The translations under genes were made by a program, and so were the position numbers. A model generated the notes under the pieces. It did no database searches and had not been told where the DNA came from. It worked only from the letters and a program-made list of their open reading frames with translations. Positions 1 through 8,852 of a stretch of 64,000 bases of DNA are shown piece by piece; position 1 is the stretch's first letter, and every line of letters starts with the position of its first letter. Source of the DNA: a virus (taxonomy: Duplodnaviria > Heunggongvirae > Uroviricota > Caudoviricetes); the IMG/VR virus record IMGVR_UViG_3300011865_000035, one strand, 5' to 3'.

Positions 1-1
1 T

Positions 2-979
2 GCTTTATTTTTATGGCCTTGTCTAACTTTAATATCTTTAGTTTTCTACGCTCAAAATCTCGAAGATATAGATTTTTTATATTTTGTATTTTTAATTTGT
101 TTATTTTCTACATTATTAACATTATTTAGAATGATAAAGCTGAATTTATCATATGTTGACGATTTTTCTGATAATTCGAAAGAAGAAATTTATATATACT
201 CAAAAGAAGATCAGTTAATTAATTCTTATAATATCAATGAAACAAATGAGAAAATTTTGAAAAACAGGAATGCTATATTAGCTACAAGAGAAGGTTTTCT
301 AAGTGTCGGATTCTCTTTAAATGATAAAATATTAAGTATAAAAATGGATGAAAGTATAAAAAGAGGAATTTATTCTGGAAATTTTATTATCTTATCTTTA
401 AGAGATTGGTTGGCGATATCAGTAAATGCCAATAATTTAAAAGTTCCATTTAAAAAAAATATAATAATACTACCAAATCCTATAAAAAATAAGAAATTTG
501 ATTTATTTATGAGTATAAATATTGAAAAGAATAATGCTGGTGATAATTGTATTGATTATTTAAGAGACTATAATTTTGGAGATAATGTAAAAGATATAAA
601 TTGGAAAAAAACAGCAAAATACAATAAATTAAAAATAAATGAATATTCCTATGAAAATATAGAAAAAAAGAAAGCAATTACATTAATTATAGATTCAAAA
701 GGGAAAAAGGAAAATAAAGATTATTTTGAAAATTTATTAGAAACTGTTATGTATTTAATTGAAAGTTCAGAATTTGAAATTAATGGTATCTATATCGAAA
801 ATATTTTATATAAAATGGAAAACAAAGAACTTTTATTAAAGACAATAGCAGGTCTAAAATATAATAATAGTAAATTTACTGACGAAATCAATCATATTAA
901 AGACTCTATATTATTAACCACAAACAAAAAAAGAAATGCAAATACTTTTAGTTTCCAGGAATATTATGAAAAAGATTAA
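2..979 (+). CDS. DUF58-family protein (MoxR-operon associated), 5' end outside window
   Basis: Frame 2 is open from nt 2 through the annotated ORF and the upstream part is hydrophobic (TM helices), as is typical for DUF58. The DUF58 core is recognisable: 'GDNCIDYLRDYNFGDNVKDINWKKTAKYNKLKINEY...ITLIIDS' fits the RxYxxGD..IdWk..AR...vrE...vlD signature. It is followed by a transglutaminase membrane protein, as in the B. subtilis yeaC-yeaD-yebA operon. Confidence 0.6.
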   Translation, partial: ALFLWPCLTLISLVFYAQNLEDIDFLYFVFLICLFSTLLTLFRMIKLNLSYVDDFSDNSKEEIYIYSKEDQLINSYNINETNEKILKNRNAILATREGFLSVGFSLNDKILSIKMDESIKRGIYSGNFIILSLRDWLAISVNANNLKVPFKKNIIILPNPIKNKKFDLFMSINIEKNNAGDNCIDYLRDYNFGDNVKDINWKKTAKYNKLKINEYSYENIEKKKAITLIIDSKGKKENKDYFENLLETVMYLIESSEFEINGIYIENILYKMENKELLLKTIAGLKYNNSKFTDEINHIKDSILLTTNKKRNANTFSFQEYYEKD

Positions 980-3002
980 TACAAAAGATATAGTACTCAT
1001 TTTATTTTTATTAATAAGCCTTTTTTTTGCTAATAATATAGTTCTGTTTAGTTCAATATTAATAATGTCATTACTTTTAATAGTTAAAAAATCAGGATTT
1101 ATTAATATTGAAGATTCAAAATTTGATTATTCGTTATTAATCTTATTTTGTGTTGTAAATATAGGATATTTTATTGCATTAAATGAAAACATATTTCATA
1201 TATCTGCCAATATTTTTATTTGTTATATTATGAGTCTGTTTTGTTTAAATATGAAACTGAAAGACAGAATTAGATTAATGTATATCGGAATGCCATTAGT
1301 ATTCATGTTATTTTCATTAAATGAAACTATATTAATGTATGTTTATACATTAATATTTTTAATAGTATTTATTTATTTTGCAAATAAAAGCCTCAAAAAA
1401 TTAATTATTATAGCAGCCTGTCTTTTTATTGCACTGATAACAAATAATGTAATGAATGAATTTATTTCTCAAAAAGCAGATCCTGACTGGACGGATAAAC
1501 TTTCAGCTATATCAGAAACATCAATAGGTAATTCTGATATATCAAAAGTGAGAATGAAAAACAGAGTTATGTTCACTGCTGTTGGCGATATGCCAAATAG
1601 TAAAAAAATGCCAAATTTAATGAGTAATATTCTTGCTGAAACTGAAAATAATGAAATTTTATGGATGGGATACACTCCTGAATTATCATTTAATTATATA
1701 GATCATTTAAAACATGCGGTATCTCAAAAAGAATATTATGTAACAACTACTGAAAAAGCTGAATTTATAGAAACAAAAAAATATACATATAATTATATGA
1801 TAGATAAAGTATTAATAGATAGATTCTTTATAAGAGAACAAACAATATATTCAAATAAAGAAGATTTGATGGAAATATTGAAAGGACAAAATCAGGTAGT
1901 AAATAAATATTTTCAAGATAATGGTTTTTTACAATTAATAAATTTATTAAGGAATGAGAATAAAATTAATTATAAAAAATTTAATGTTAAATTTTTAAAT
2001 AAACAAGCTATAAATAAAGATAAAAACATAGTAATTTCATTTAAACAGGGAATGGTTAAAGAAAAACCATATATGGTTGAATCTGTTTCAGTATTAAATA
2101 ACAGAAAAGTTGTTCTAACAAATGGGTATGAAGATGCTATTATACAAAAAGATACTCAAATTAAATTTAATTATTTAGATTCGATTTATAAAATGTATTC
2201 AGAGCCTACATTTGGTGATAAATTTGTTTATCAAAAGTATTCAAAAACTATCAAAAAAGTAATTGAAGAAATGGGAATAGATCAGAAAAATGATAGTATT
2301 GATCTAAAAGTATACAAAGTTCATTTATGGTTTGCTCGTAATTTTTCCTATACTCTTGATAAAAGATTCGAAAGAAGACAAAGAACTATTGAGGATTTTT
2401 TACTGTATGACAGAAAAGGTCATTGTGAATATTTCGCAACAGCAACAGCCTTAATATTAAGAGAATTGGGTATACCTTCTAAATATGTTACTGGTTATAA
2501 TTTAACAGAAGAAGATGGAGTCATTATAGGTAATTTAAGAAATGCACATGCATGGAATTTATATTATGATGGAGCAGGCTGGAAAGAAGTTGATAATACT
2601 GTGGGTAATTCAATAGACAGTAATTCATTCTTATTTAGTTTCTTAAAATCTAACTTTAATTTAAATACTGAAATGCTATCATTCAAATTTAAAAATATAA
2701 TTCCAGATATTAAACTAGATAATATTTTTAAAGATTCTAAAATAGCAGATAAAATGAACACTTATTATTTGTTAATAGTGCCAATAATAATACTTTTAAT
2801 GATTTTTGCTTTTATAATAAGAAAAATAAATATTGAAAAAAAAGCAACAGATTATTATTTAAAGAAAAAACTAAAAAAAGTATTGTTAAAATACCCCAAA
2901 AATGAATTTAAACCCTGGATGACTTGGGCTAAAGAAATAAATGATGAATTCGCTATAAATGAAGTTAAAAAATATTATAAAAAGATATATGGTGAAGAAT
3001 AG
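936..3002 (+). CDS. transglutaminase-like (TGc) domain membrane protein, YebA-like
   Basis: There are about 6 N-terminal TM helices. The Cys-His-Asp TGc core is 'GHCEYFATATALILRELGIPSKYVTGY...NAHAWNLYYDGAGWKEVDNT'. A C-terminal TM follows. The 3' end overlaps the DUF58 gene in operon fashion. Confidence 0.7.
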   Translation: MQILLVSRNIMKKINTKDIVLILFLLISLFFANNIVLFSSILIMSLLLIVKKSGFINIEDSKFDYSLLILFCVVNIGYFIALNENIFHISANIFICYIMSLFCLNMKLKDRIRLMYIGMPLVFMLFSLNETILMYVYTLIFLIVFIYFANKSLKKLIIIAACLFIALITNNVMNEFISQKADPDWTDKLSAISETSIGNSDISKVRMKNRVMFTAVGDMPNSKKMPNLMSNILAETENNEILWMGYTPELSFNYIDHLKHAVSQKEYYVTTTEKAEFIETKKYTYNYMIDKVLIDRFFIREQTIYSNKEDLMEILKGQNQVVNKYFQDNGFLQLINLLRNENKINYKKFNVKFLNKQAINKDKNIVISFKQGMVKEKPYMVESVSVLNNRKVVLTNGYEDAIIQKDTQIKFNYLDSIYKMYSEPTFGDKFVYQKYSKTIKKVIEEMGIDQKNDSIDLKVYKVHLWFARNFSYTLDKRFERRQRTIEDFLLYDRKGHCEYFATATALILRELGIPSKYVTGYNLTEEDGVIIGNLRNAHAWNLYYDGAGWKEVDNTVGNSIDSNSFLFSFLKSNFNLNTEMLSFKFKNIIPDIKLDNIFKDSKIADKMNTYYLLIVPIIILLMIFAFIIRKINIEKKATDYYLKKKLKKVLLKYPKNEFKPWMTWAKEINDEFAINEVKKYYKKIYGEE

Positions 3003-3289
3003 CTATTGATTATTTTCAAATTTAAGATAGCATAAATATGCTCATTTATGAGTAAGATAGCTATGATTTAAAGTTAAACAAAATTATTGCTATTTATCAG
3101 TAAGTTACAATATAAAAAATAAAATATTGTATTTTTTATATTTGTAATATAACTAATTGATTTTAAAGTGAATAATTTATTTTAAAATGAGTATCCTGCA
3201 CTATGCGCAGTTAAGAAAAGTAATAAAAAAGATGTATTACAGTCAGGAATGTATCCTGCACTATGTGCAGCATGTAATAAAAAATAAAA

Positions 3290-3316
3290 GTCTGCACTAG
3301 CTGCAGATTTTTTTAT
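3290..3316 (+). terminator. rho-independent terminator (third of three related hairpins)
   Basis: Hairpin tctgca-ctagc-tgcaga followed by T8. Confidence 0.6.
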
Positions 3317-3325
3317 TTATGTTAA

Positions 3326-3353
3326 TTATCAATTTTTAAAAATATGTTATAAT
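3326..3353 (+). promoter_or_regulatory. sigma70-like promoter TTATCA-16-TATAAT
   Basis: It sits between the terminator and the 3371 ORF, which has no other obvious expression signal. AT-rich DNA makes chance matches likely. Confidence 0.3.
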
Positions 3354-3370
3354 AATAAAGTATACAAAAA

Positions 3371-4531
3371 ATGGAAATAAAAATGATAAATTTTGATTTA
3401 ATCAAAAAAATCCCCAAAATATTATCAGAAATTGAAGTTAAAGATAATGAAAAATCTATAGAAATGATAGAAGCATTAGATAACGAGGATTTTTATAAAG
3501 CAATAGAATTACTAAAATGTAATGCTGAACCGAATATTGCCGTGTATGATGGAAGCAGAGAAGAATTTATTACAGTAATACAGGTGTTATTTGATAAGTT
3601 ATATGAATCTGAATCAAAAGTATCATTTTTTAAAGATTATATAGATTTAAATCCTGATGAAGAAGAATTATCTCTCGCGGAAAATAAGCATTTGAAAGCA
3701 CCTTATGAAGAAATTAGTTTATTTATAAAAGAATGGAAAAAATACGGTGGTTCTCTAAATGCTAATCTTATAAAAATTAAAAAACATGAATATAATGAAA
3801 TAAAAGATAACGAAATTAGAACAATGAGTGATTCCATTTTTAATTCATTATTTATTTGTACTGAAAAACAAAACTGGAATAATTATTATAGTTCTGCTTA
3901 TCTTGATGATCTTACCCGAATATTACTTTCATTGTCAGAAATAATGAATGAAAAATTAAAACCAGTGTTTTTGGAGAAACCAGTATTAAGTCTTGTATTA
4001 AAAGAATGTTGGCCGTTTTACACTACATTAGATTTTTTAGAAATTTTAAATCAAGAACATGATGAGTTTTTAATAAATAAAAGAAAAGGTGAAACAGTGT
4101 TACACACTTTAGTTGATTTAAGGAAGGAAAATAATTATTGTTTAGTTAAATATAGTAATCCAGATTATTTTAAATTTATAAATGAAACTATAGAAAATAT
4201 TAATAAAATATATCCTCCTGAATTATTATTAATTAAAAATAAAGAAGGTCTTTTACCTGTAGAATATTTTGCTAAAAAAGAGTCATGGAGCCAATTTATA
4301 ATTATGGATTCTTTAATGAAAAAAAATAATTATAAATATGAATTAACACAAGAAATAATAGATTCATTCCCAGAAGATTTAACCAAATTAGGAATGATTA
4401 GAGAAAATTTAACTGAAGAAAAATTAAAAGAAATGTTTGCTGAAATTTATACGCTCAAAGAGAAATCAGTATTAAATAAAGAAATTAGCGAAGATAAAGA
4501 AGTTAAAATTCAAAAAAACAATAGATTATAA
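3371..4531 (+). CDS. hypothetical protein with C-terminal KNNRL tail
   Basis: A 386-aa ORF with no recognisable domain. It ends ...QKNNRL. Confidence 0.5.
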   Translation: MEIKMINFDLIKKIPKILSEIEVKDNEKSIEMIEALDNEDFYKAIELLKCNAEPNIAVYDGSREEFITVIQVLFDKLYESESKVSFFKDYIDLNPDEEELSLAENKHLKAPYEEISLFIKEWKKYGGSLNANLIKIKKHEYNEIKDNEIRTMSDSIFNSLFICTEKQNWNNYYSSAYLDDLTRILLSLSEIMNEKLKPVFLEKPVLSLVLKECWPFYTTLDFLEILNQEHDEFLINKRKGETVLHTLVDLRKENNYCLVKYSNPDYFKFINETIENINKIYPPELLLIKNKEGLLPVEYFAKKESWSQFIIMDSLMKKNNYKYELTQEIIDSFPEDLTKLGMIRENLTEEKLKEMFAEIYTLKEKSVLNKEISEDKEVKIQKNNRL

Positions 4532-4605
4532 TAAAGATGTATTGACATTATATAAATAGTTTATTAATTGATGTTAAAGGAAATATTAAATGAGGTAAAC
4601 TATTT

Positions 4606-4785
4606 ATGTCAGAACAAGAAATAAAAACAGTAATATGTAGTCGTTGTGGAACAACAAAGGCAAAAAAAGTACAAGCTTCTATAGGAAGATCTGAAAATGA
4701 AGTTGTACCAGGAAACTTTCCGGTATTTATTTGTATGACATGTGGTGGAATAGTAAATGTTCCGGTCACAGCTAAAAAAGAATAA
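4606..4785 (+). CDS. small zinc-ribbon protein (59 aa, CxxC...CxxC)
   Basis: Not in the ORF track because it is under 60 aa. It has the SD GAGGT 8 nt upstream and two CxxC pairs (CSRCG...CMTCGG), and it is followed by a perfect 12-bp hairpin terminator. Confidence 0.45.
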   Translation: MSEQEIKTVICSRCGTTKAKKVQASIGRSENEVVPGNFPVFICMTCGGIVNVPVTAKKE

Positions 4786-4790
4786 TAAAA

Positions 4791-4829
4791 AAAGCTTTAT
4801 ATCTTGGAAATATAAAGCTTTAATTTTTT
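4791..4829. terminator. bidirectional rho-independent terminator
   Basis: aaagctttatat-cttggaa-atataaagcttt hairpin flanked by A-run and T-run, between convergent genes. Confidence 0.7.
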
Positions 4830-5658
4830 AAAGTCTTTGTTTATGTCCAGAAGGAATAGATTGAATAGTACAATCTAAAAATAATTTTTGTATTTCTGTT
4901 TGTTGTTCAACAGTAAAATTATTAATGTTTATTTTTTCATTAAATTGATTAAAGAATTTTTCATTATTATTATAACTATGTTTTGCTATCCATAAAAATT
5001 TTTCTAAATCCTCAATTAAACGAGGTATCTTAAGGTTATGTGGAGAACTATGAGTTTGTAAAGTATCTTTCATAGTTTGCAAATAAGAGTTATAATATAA
5101 TTCAAAATTATGTTTTAATTCCGTTGAATCACTTTTGAATATATCTAATATTATTTTTTGTTTATCTGAACTATTTTTTAATTCATTTACATTTATTTCT
5201 TTCATAATGTAATGGAAATTACTTTTATTAACGAATAATCTTTCTGATAAAACGGTTGAAAGTTCTGTGTTTGTTAATTCTGGGAATAATTGATTATAGA
5301 AATCAATGTTATTAAAGATAAATTTAAAATGTTGCAAATAAATTGCTTCTTTTAATTGTTCTGTGTTTTCATTTTTAATATTAGAAGTAAACATTATTTT
5401 ACGACAAATATCAACATGATCAGAATTTTCTTCTCCTATCTTAATAGGAATATTTTTAAAAAATTCAAAAAAATCAGAAACAAGATAACCTTTTTTATTG
5501 ATAATGGAGTTTATTTCTTGTTGAGTATAAGAATAAATATTTTCAGAATGAACTAAAGAAAGTGTGGTGAAAATCAAGTCCTTGTTAACCGAAGAATTAT
5601 CTTCAGGGAAATTTAAAAGTAAATGTAGAAATTCTTCTTTAGAAAGAGCTAAAGTCAT
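4828..5658 (-). CDS. hypothetical protein with C-terminal KQRL tail
   Basis: A 276-aa ORF that ends ...GHKQRL. Confidence 0.5.
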   Translation of the reverse strand: MTLALSKEEFLHLLLNFPEDNSSVNKDLIFTTLSLVHSENIYSYTQQEINSIINKKGYLVSDFFEFFKNIPIKIGEENSDHVDICRKIMFTSNIKNENTEQLKEAIYLQHFKFIFNNIDFYNQLFPELTNTELSTVLSERLFVNKSNFHYIMKEINVNELKNSSDKQKIILDIFKSDSTELKHNFELYYNSYLQTMKDTLQTHSSPHNLKIPRLIEDLEKFLWIAKHSYNNNEKFFNQFNEKININNFTVEQQTEIQKLFLDCTIQSIPSGHKQRL

Positions 5659-5862
5659 ATTATCAATCCATATTTGTTTGTATTGAGTTATTATATAATA
5701 AGAAGGAGAATTAATCTAATTTTAATAATAACTATAGATATATTTATGTATATGTTTGTTTTTTTTAAAGATAAATTAACAATAAATCCTTGATAGATGA
5801 TGATTTATGGTGTATATACTATTTAAGCTCATTTAATACCACTTGATGTTTTTGGAGGATCT

Positions 5863-6069
5863 ATGACAAGTATTTTACGTTTTTTAGGGCTTGCTCCTGG
5901 TAAAGATGAAGAAGAAATGGTTAGGAAATTAAAGAATACCTATTCATCGTTAAAAGTGGTCGGTCGCGGGACTATAACAGTTTCTGCTGATGAAGTTATT
6001 AATAATCCTGAGTTTAAAGAGTTGTACATACGAGCTAGTAAAATTGTAGAACGCAGTAAAAATCAATAA
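5863..6069 (+). CDS. small hypothetical protein (68 aa)
   Basis: SD GGAGG 6 nt upstream. No recognisable domain. Confidence 0.35.
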   Translation: MTSILRFLGLAPGKDEEEMVRKLKNTYSSLKVVGRGTITVSADEVINNPEFKELYIRASKIVERSKNQ

Positions 6070-6309
6070 TTGTACATGTTTGTTTTTTCTTATACCTGAA
6101 AAATGCCTAATATGGTCTTTATTCAATGATCCTTGTAGTGTTTTTTATTTATGCCTCTGGCTCTCTGAGCATACCATATGGAACTTAAAAGTTTGATAAA
6201 TATTTACTAAATCTCCCCATAAAGTCTCGTGATTTAATGCTGGGAGTATAACAATACCTTCGAAAATAGATTTAACTCTTATAAACGAAGGTATTATAAA
6301 AAACAATAA

Positions 6310-7434
6310 TTAAATTAAATCAGAAATACTAATATTAACAACTTCATTAGTTTCCCTATTTAACAATTCAACAATTTTAGTTTCTCTTGTCGTTTTGTTA
6401 ATAATAATCCTTTTATGTATACAAATTAACTCACTGTCATAGAATTTTTTACCAGCTTTGATTTTACGATCATCTAATAAAACTTTTTTACCAGCTTGTT
6501 TTAATTGTTGATATAAACTATCTGCAATATCTTTATCTGTTGCATAATCGATAACAGAGATAATGTAATCAAAAGTGTTGAATTTTGCAGTTCCTTTAAA
6601 TCCTTTTTCATCTCTGTTTTGCTCTAATAATGCCATAATAAGACGAGAAACACCTATGCCAAAACAACCCATTAAAACATGATTCTTTTGATTATCTTTT
6701 AAATCAAAGTTTCTGCTGTAACGATCTCCCAAATTAAAGATATGCCCAATTTCAAGATAATTATCGCCATCTGAACCTTTGTCTTCTCCAAAAGAGCTTT
6801 TACAACGAAATTCTTCTGAAAAGTTTCCACCCATTTCACCCACATCAGACGATACTATTTCAAATTGAATACCTAAACGTGTGAAAATTTTAATATAGGC
6901 AGACCTTACTTCATTATAAGTATTAATTAATTCTTCATCACTATGAGAAAAGCAATAAGCATCAGACATTAAAAATTCTTTTCCTCTGATTAAACCGCCT
7001 TTAGCTCTCATTTCATCACGATATTTATTACCAATTTGATATACTTTTATATCCATGCGAGAATTATTATAGTATTTTTTCATAATTGAAGTGATTGCTT
7101 CTTCACATGTCGCTCCTAAAACAAACTCTCTGTTTTTTCTGTTTTTAAGTTTGAATAATTCTGCTCCATATGAGTCATATCTGTCAGAAGTTTTCCATAA
7201 ATCTGCATCCTGAATTAAACTTAATCTCATTTGAGAAAAACCAATATTATCCAATTCTTCCTGGATAACTTGTTCTACTCTTTTTTCAAGTAAATAGCCT
7301 AATGATAAAGTTGAAAACACACCAGCACTGTCCTGAGTATAGAATCCAGCTTTTTGAACTAAATCAACAAGATCTAATTGAGAGTTTTCTTTTACGAAAG
7401 AATTGCTATTAAAAAACATATTTGAAAATTTCAT
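6310..7434 (-). CDS. proS: prolyl-tRNA synthetase, minimal form lacking INS editing domain
   Basis: Class II motif 2 'YQIGNKYRDEMRAKGGLIRGKEFLMSDAYCF' matches E. coli '[25 protein letters not shown]'. Motif 3 is 'GCFGIGVSRLIMALLEQ'. The anticodon-binding domain is present. At 374 aa the ~180-aa INS insertion is absent. Confidence 0.85.
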   Translation of the reverse strand: MKFSNMFFNSNSFVKENSQLDLVDLVQKAGFYTQDSAGVFSTLSLGYLLEKRVEQVIQEELDNIGFSQMRLSLIQDADLWKTSDRYDSYGAELFKLKNRKNREFVLGATCEEAITSIMKKYYNNSRMDIKVYQIGNKYRDEMRAKGGLIRGKEFLMSDAYCFSHSDEELINTYNEVRSAYIKIFTRLGIQFEIVSSDVGEMGGNFSEEFRCKSSFGEDKGSDGDNYLEIGHIFNLGDRYSRNFDLKDNQKNHVLMGCFGIGVSRLIMALLEQNRDEKGFKGTAKFNTFDYIISVIDYATDKDIADSLYQQLKQAGKKVLLDDRKIKAGKKFYDSELICIHKRIIINKTTRETKIVELLNRETNEVVNISISDLI

Positions 7435-7473
7435 ATTGTATTCCTTATTAAGTTTCTGTTTATTAAATTTTAG

Positions 7474-7616
7474 ATAATAAAAAAACGCCTACATGAGGCG
7501 TTTAAAAGAGAAACTCAATAATATCTGAGCAATAGTCTTCTGACGCCTTATGTAGGCGTTTGTGGTCGTATACCTTTTAAGAAAACTTGATTATTGCACA
7601 TGATATTTTCCTTCAT
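7474..7616 (-). promoter_or_regulatory. candidate transcription attenuator of proS: leader peptide, hairpin and terminator
   Basis: Minus-strand leader ORF 7601..7548 (MCNNQVFLKGIRPQTPT, SD AAGGA, alternative start 7616). Its two Pro codons and stop lie inside hairpin 7542-7560. Then a 40-nt spacer and terminator hairpin 7484-7502 plus U7, 40 nt before the proS ATG. Confidence 0.3.
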
Positions 7617-7737
7617 TATTTTTCGTTGTTATTCCATATTAATTATCAAAGTAAAAGAAGTCAAGTTTTATTTTATGAATTGCTGAAATCTTATTATTTT
7701 ATTATAATAAAACATATACATTAAGTGAGAGCAAAGA

Positions 7738-8796
7738 ATGGATAGTAAATATAGTTTTGAGAATAAAAGGATTTATGCTGAAAGAGAAGCATTATTGCCA
7801 GAAACAGATGTTAATTATGCTATAAGAAAAATATTGTTGATTGAAAAAATTTTTCAAAATGAAGAAGTTTCTTCAATAAGACCTACTTTTTCTTTATTTT
7901 TTGATGCATCAAATAATATCTTTTTTGAGCAAGATTTTTTAATATCCTGGAAATATAATTCTAAAATATCAAATAGTTTGCACCATGATATAAATAATAT
8001 ATTAGAGGAAATTAAAATATTAGATGAAGCTTTTGCTAATTTTTATATATTAAACAACTATTACAATTATGAAAATGATGCTTATATTAAAGAAAAAATA
8101 GAAAGAGAAATGATTGAAAAAATGAATAATTTGTTGGTTAATTCCACAATTCATCGATATAACAGGTTCGATTTATATACAAAAGATGAATCCTTTATAG
8201 ATTTATTTAATGAGAATAACCGAAAATATTTTAAAGAATATATAGAGACATTAAGAGAAAATAAAAATTATATATCACCCAAAATAGAAATTTATGGAGA
8301 AGAATTTGCATTAATTCCTGTTGATTTTAATGATTTTCAGGTCACAGATATCGGGAGAATGAAATATTATAAAAAACAATTTTATTTTGAAGAAATAAAA
8401 GAATTTATTATTGAATCATTTGATAATCTATATAACAATGCTGTTCAAAATTCTAGTTCTGTAGAGAAAATAAATATGACTATTGATAGTAAAAACCAGA
8501 ATATATCCTCGGTGTATATTGATAATGAAAATCATTTTTCTTTATTAAATTACAGGACAAAAATATTACCCTGTCTTTCTGATACTAAAGAATTCTCAAT
8601 AGAGTTAGAAAATTTAAAAGAATCATTGGAAAAAAACCTTACTGATATTTTTGAATTTACTAAAATAAAAAATCATGACACAAATATATCTCAAATAGCT
8701 AATGAAATAGAAATATTAATAAATAAAAAGGTATTAAATAATTTATTGTCAGGAAATAGTGAAATTAATAATAAAATTCATAAAAATAGATTTTAA
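7738..8796 (+). CDS. hypothetical protein (ends HKNRF)
   Basis: A 352-aa ORF with no recognisable domain. Confidence 0.5.
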   Translation: MDSKYSFENKRIYAEREALLPETDVNYAIRKILLIEKIFQNEEVSSIRPTFSLFFDASNNIFFEQDFLISWKYNSKISNSLHHDINNILEEIKILDEAFANFYILNNYYNYENDAYIKEKIEREMIEKMNNLLVNSTIHRYNRFDLYTKDESFIDLFNENNRKYFKEYIETLRENKNYISPKIEIYGEEFALIPVDFNDFQVTDIGRMKYYKKQFYFEEIKEFIIESFDNLYNNAVQNSSSVEKINMTIDSKNQNISSVYIDNENHFSLLNYRTKILPCLSDTKEFSIELENLKESLEKNLTDIFEFTKIKNHDTNISQIANEIEILINKKVLNNLLSGNSEINNKIHKNRF

Positions 8797-8852
8797 TGTT
8801 CAACTCTTATTTAAAATAGAATATAATATATAAATACAATTAGGAGAAAACT

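Noticed and set aside
1469-2761. Short minus-strand ORFs (1469..1675, 2564..2761) inside the TGc gene
   Set aside because: They are antisense to a well-supported CDS. AT-rich DNA has few antisense stops. They have no SD and no recognisable domain.
4548-4769. 73-aa minus-strand ORF overlapping the zinc-ribbon gene
   Set aside because: The plus-strand 59-aa ORF has an SD, two CxxC motifs and a terminator. The antisense ORF has none of these.
6253-6297. Hairpin aataccttcg...cgaaggtatt next to the proS 3' end as a terminator
   Set aside because: A 10-bp stem with a 26-nt loop and no U-run on either strand is not a convincing intrinsic terminator. It may be a protein-binding palindrome or chance.
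7435-7737. T-box riboswitch upstream of proS
   Set aside because: No T-box consensus (AAnnnGGGTGGnACCGCG) or specifier-loop architecture is present. The leader-peptide attenuator reading fits better.
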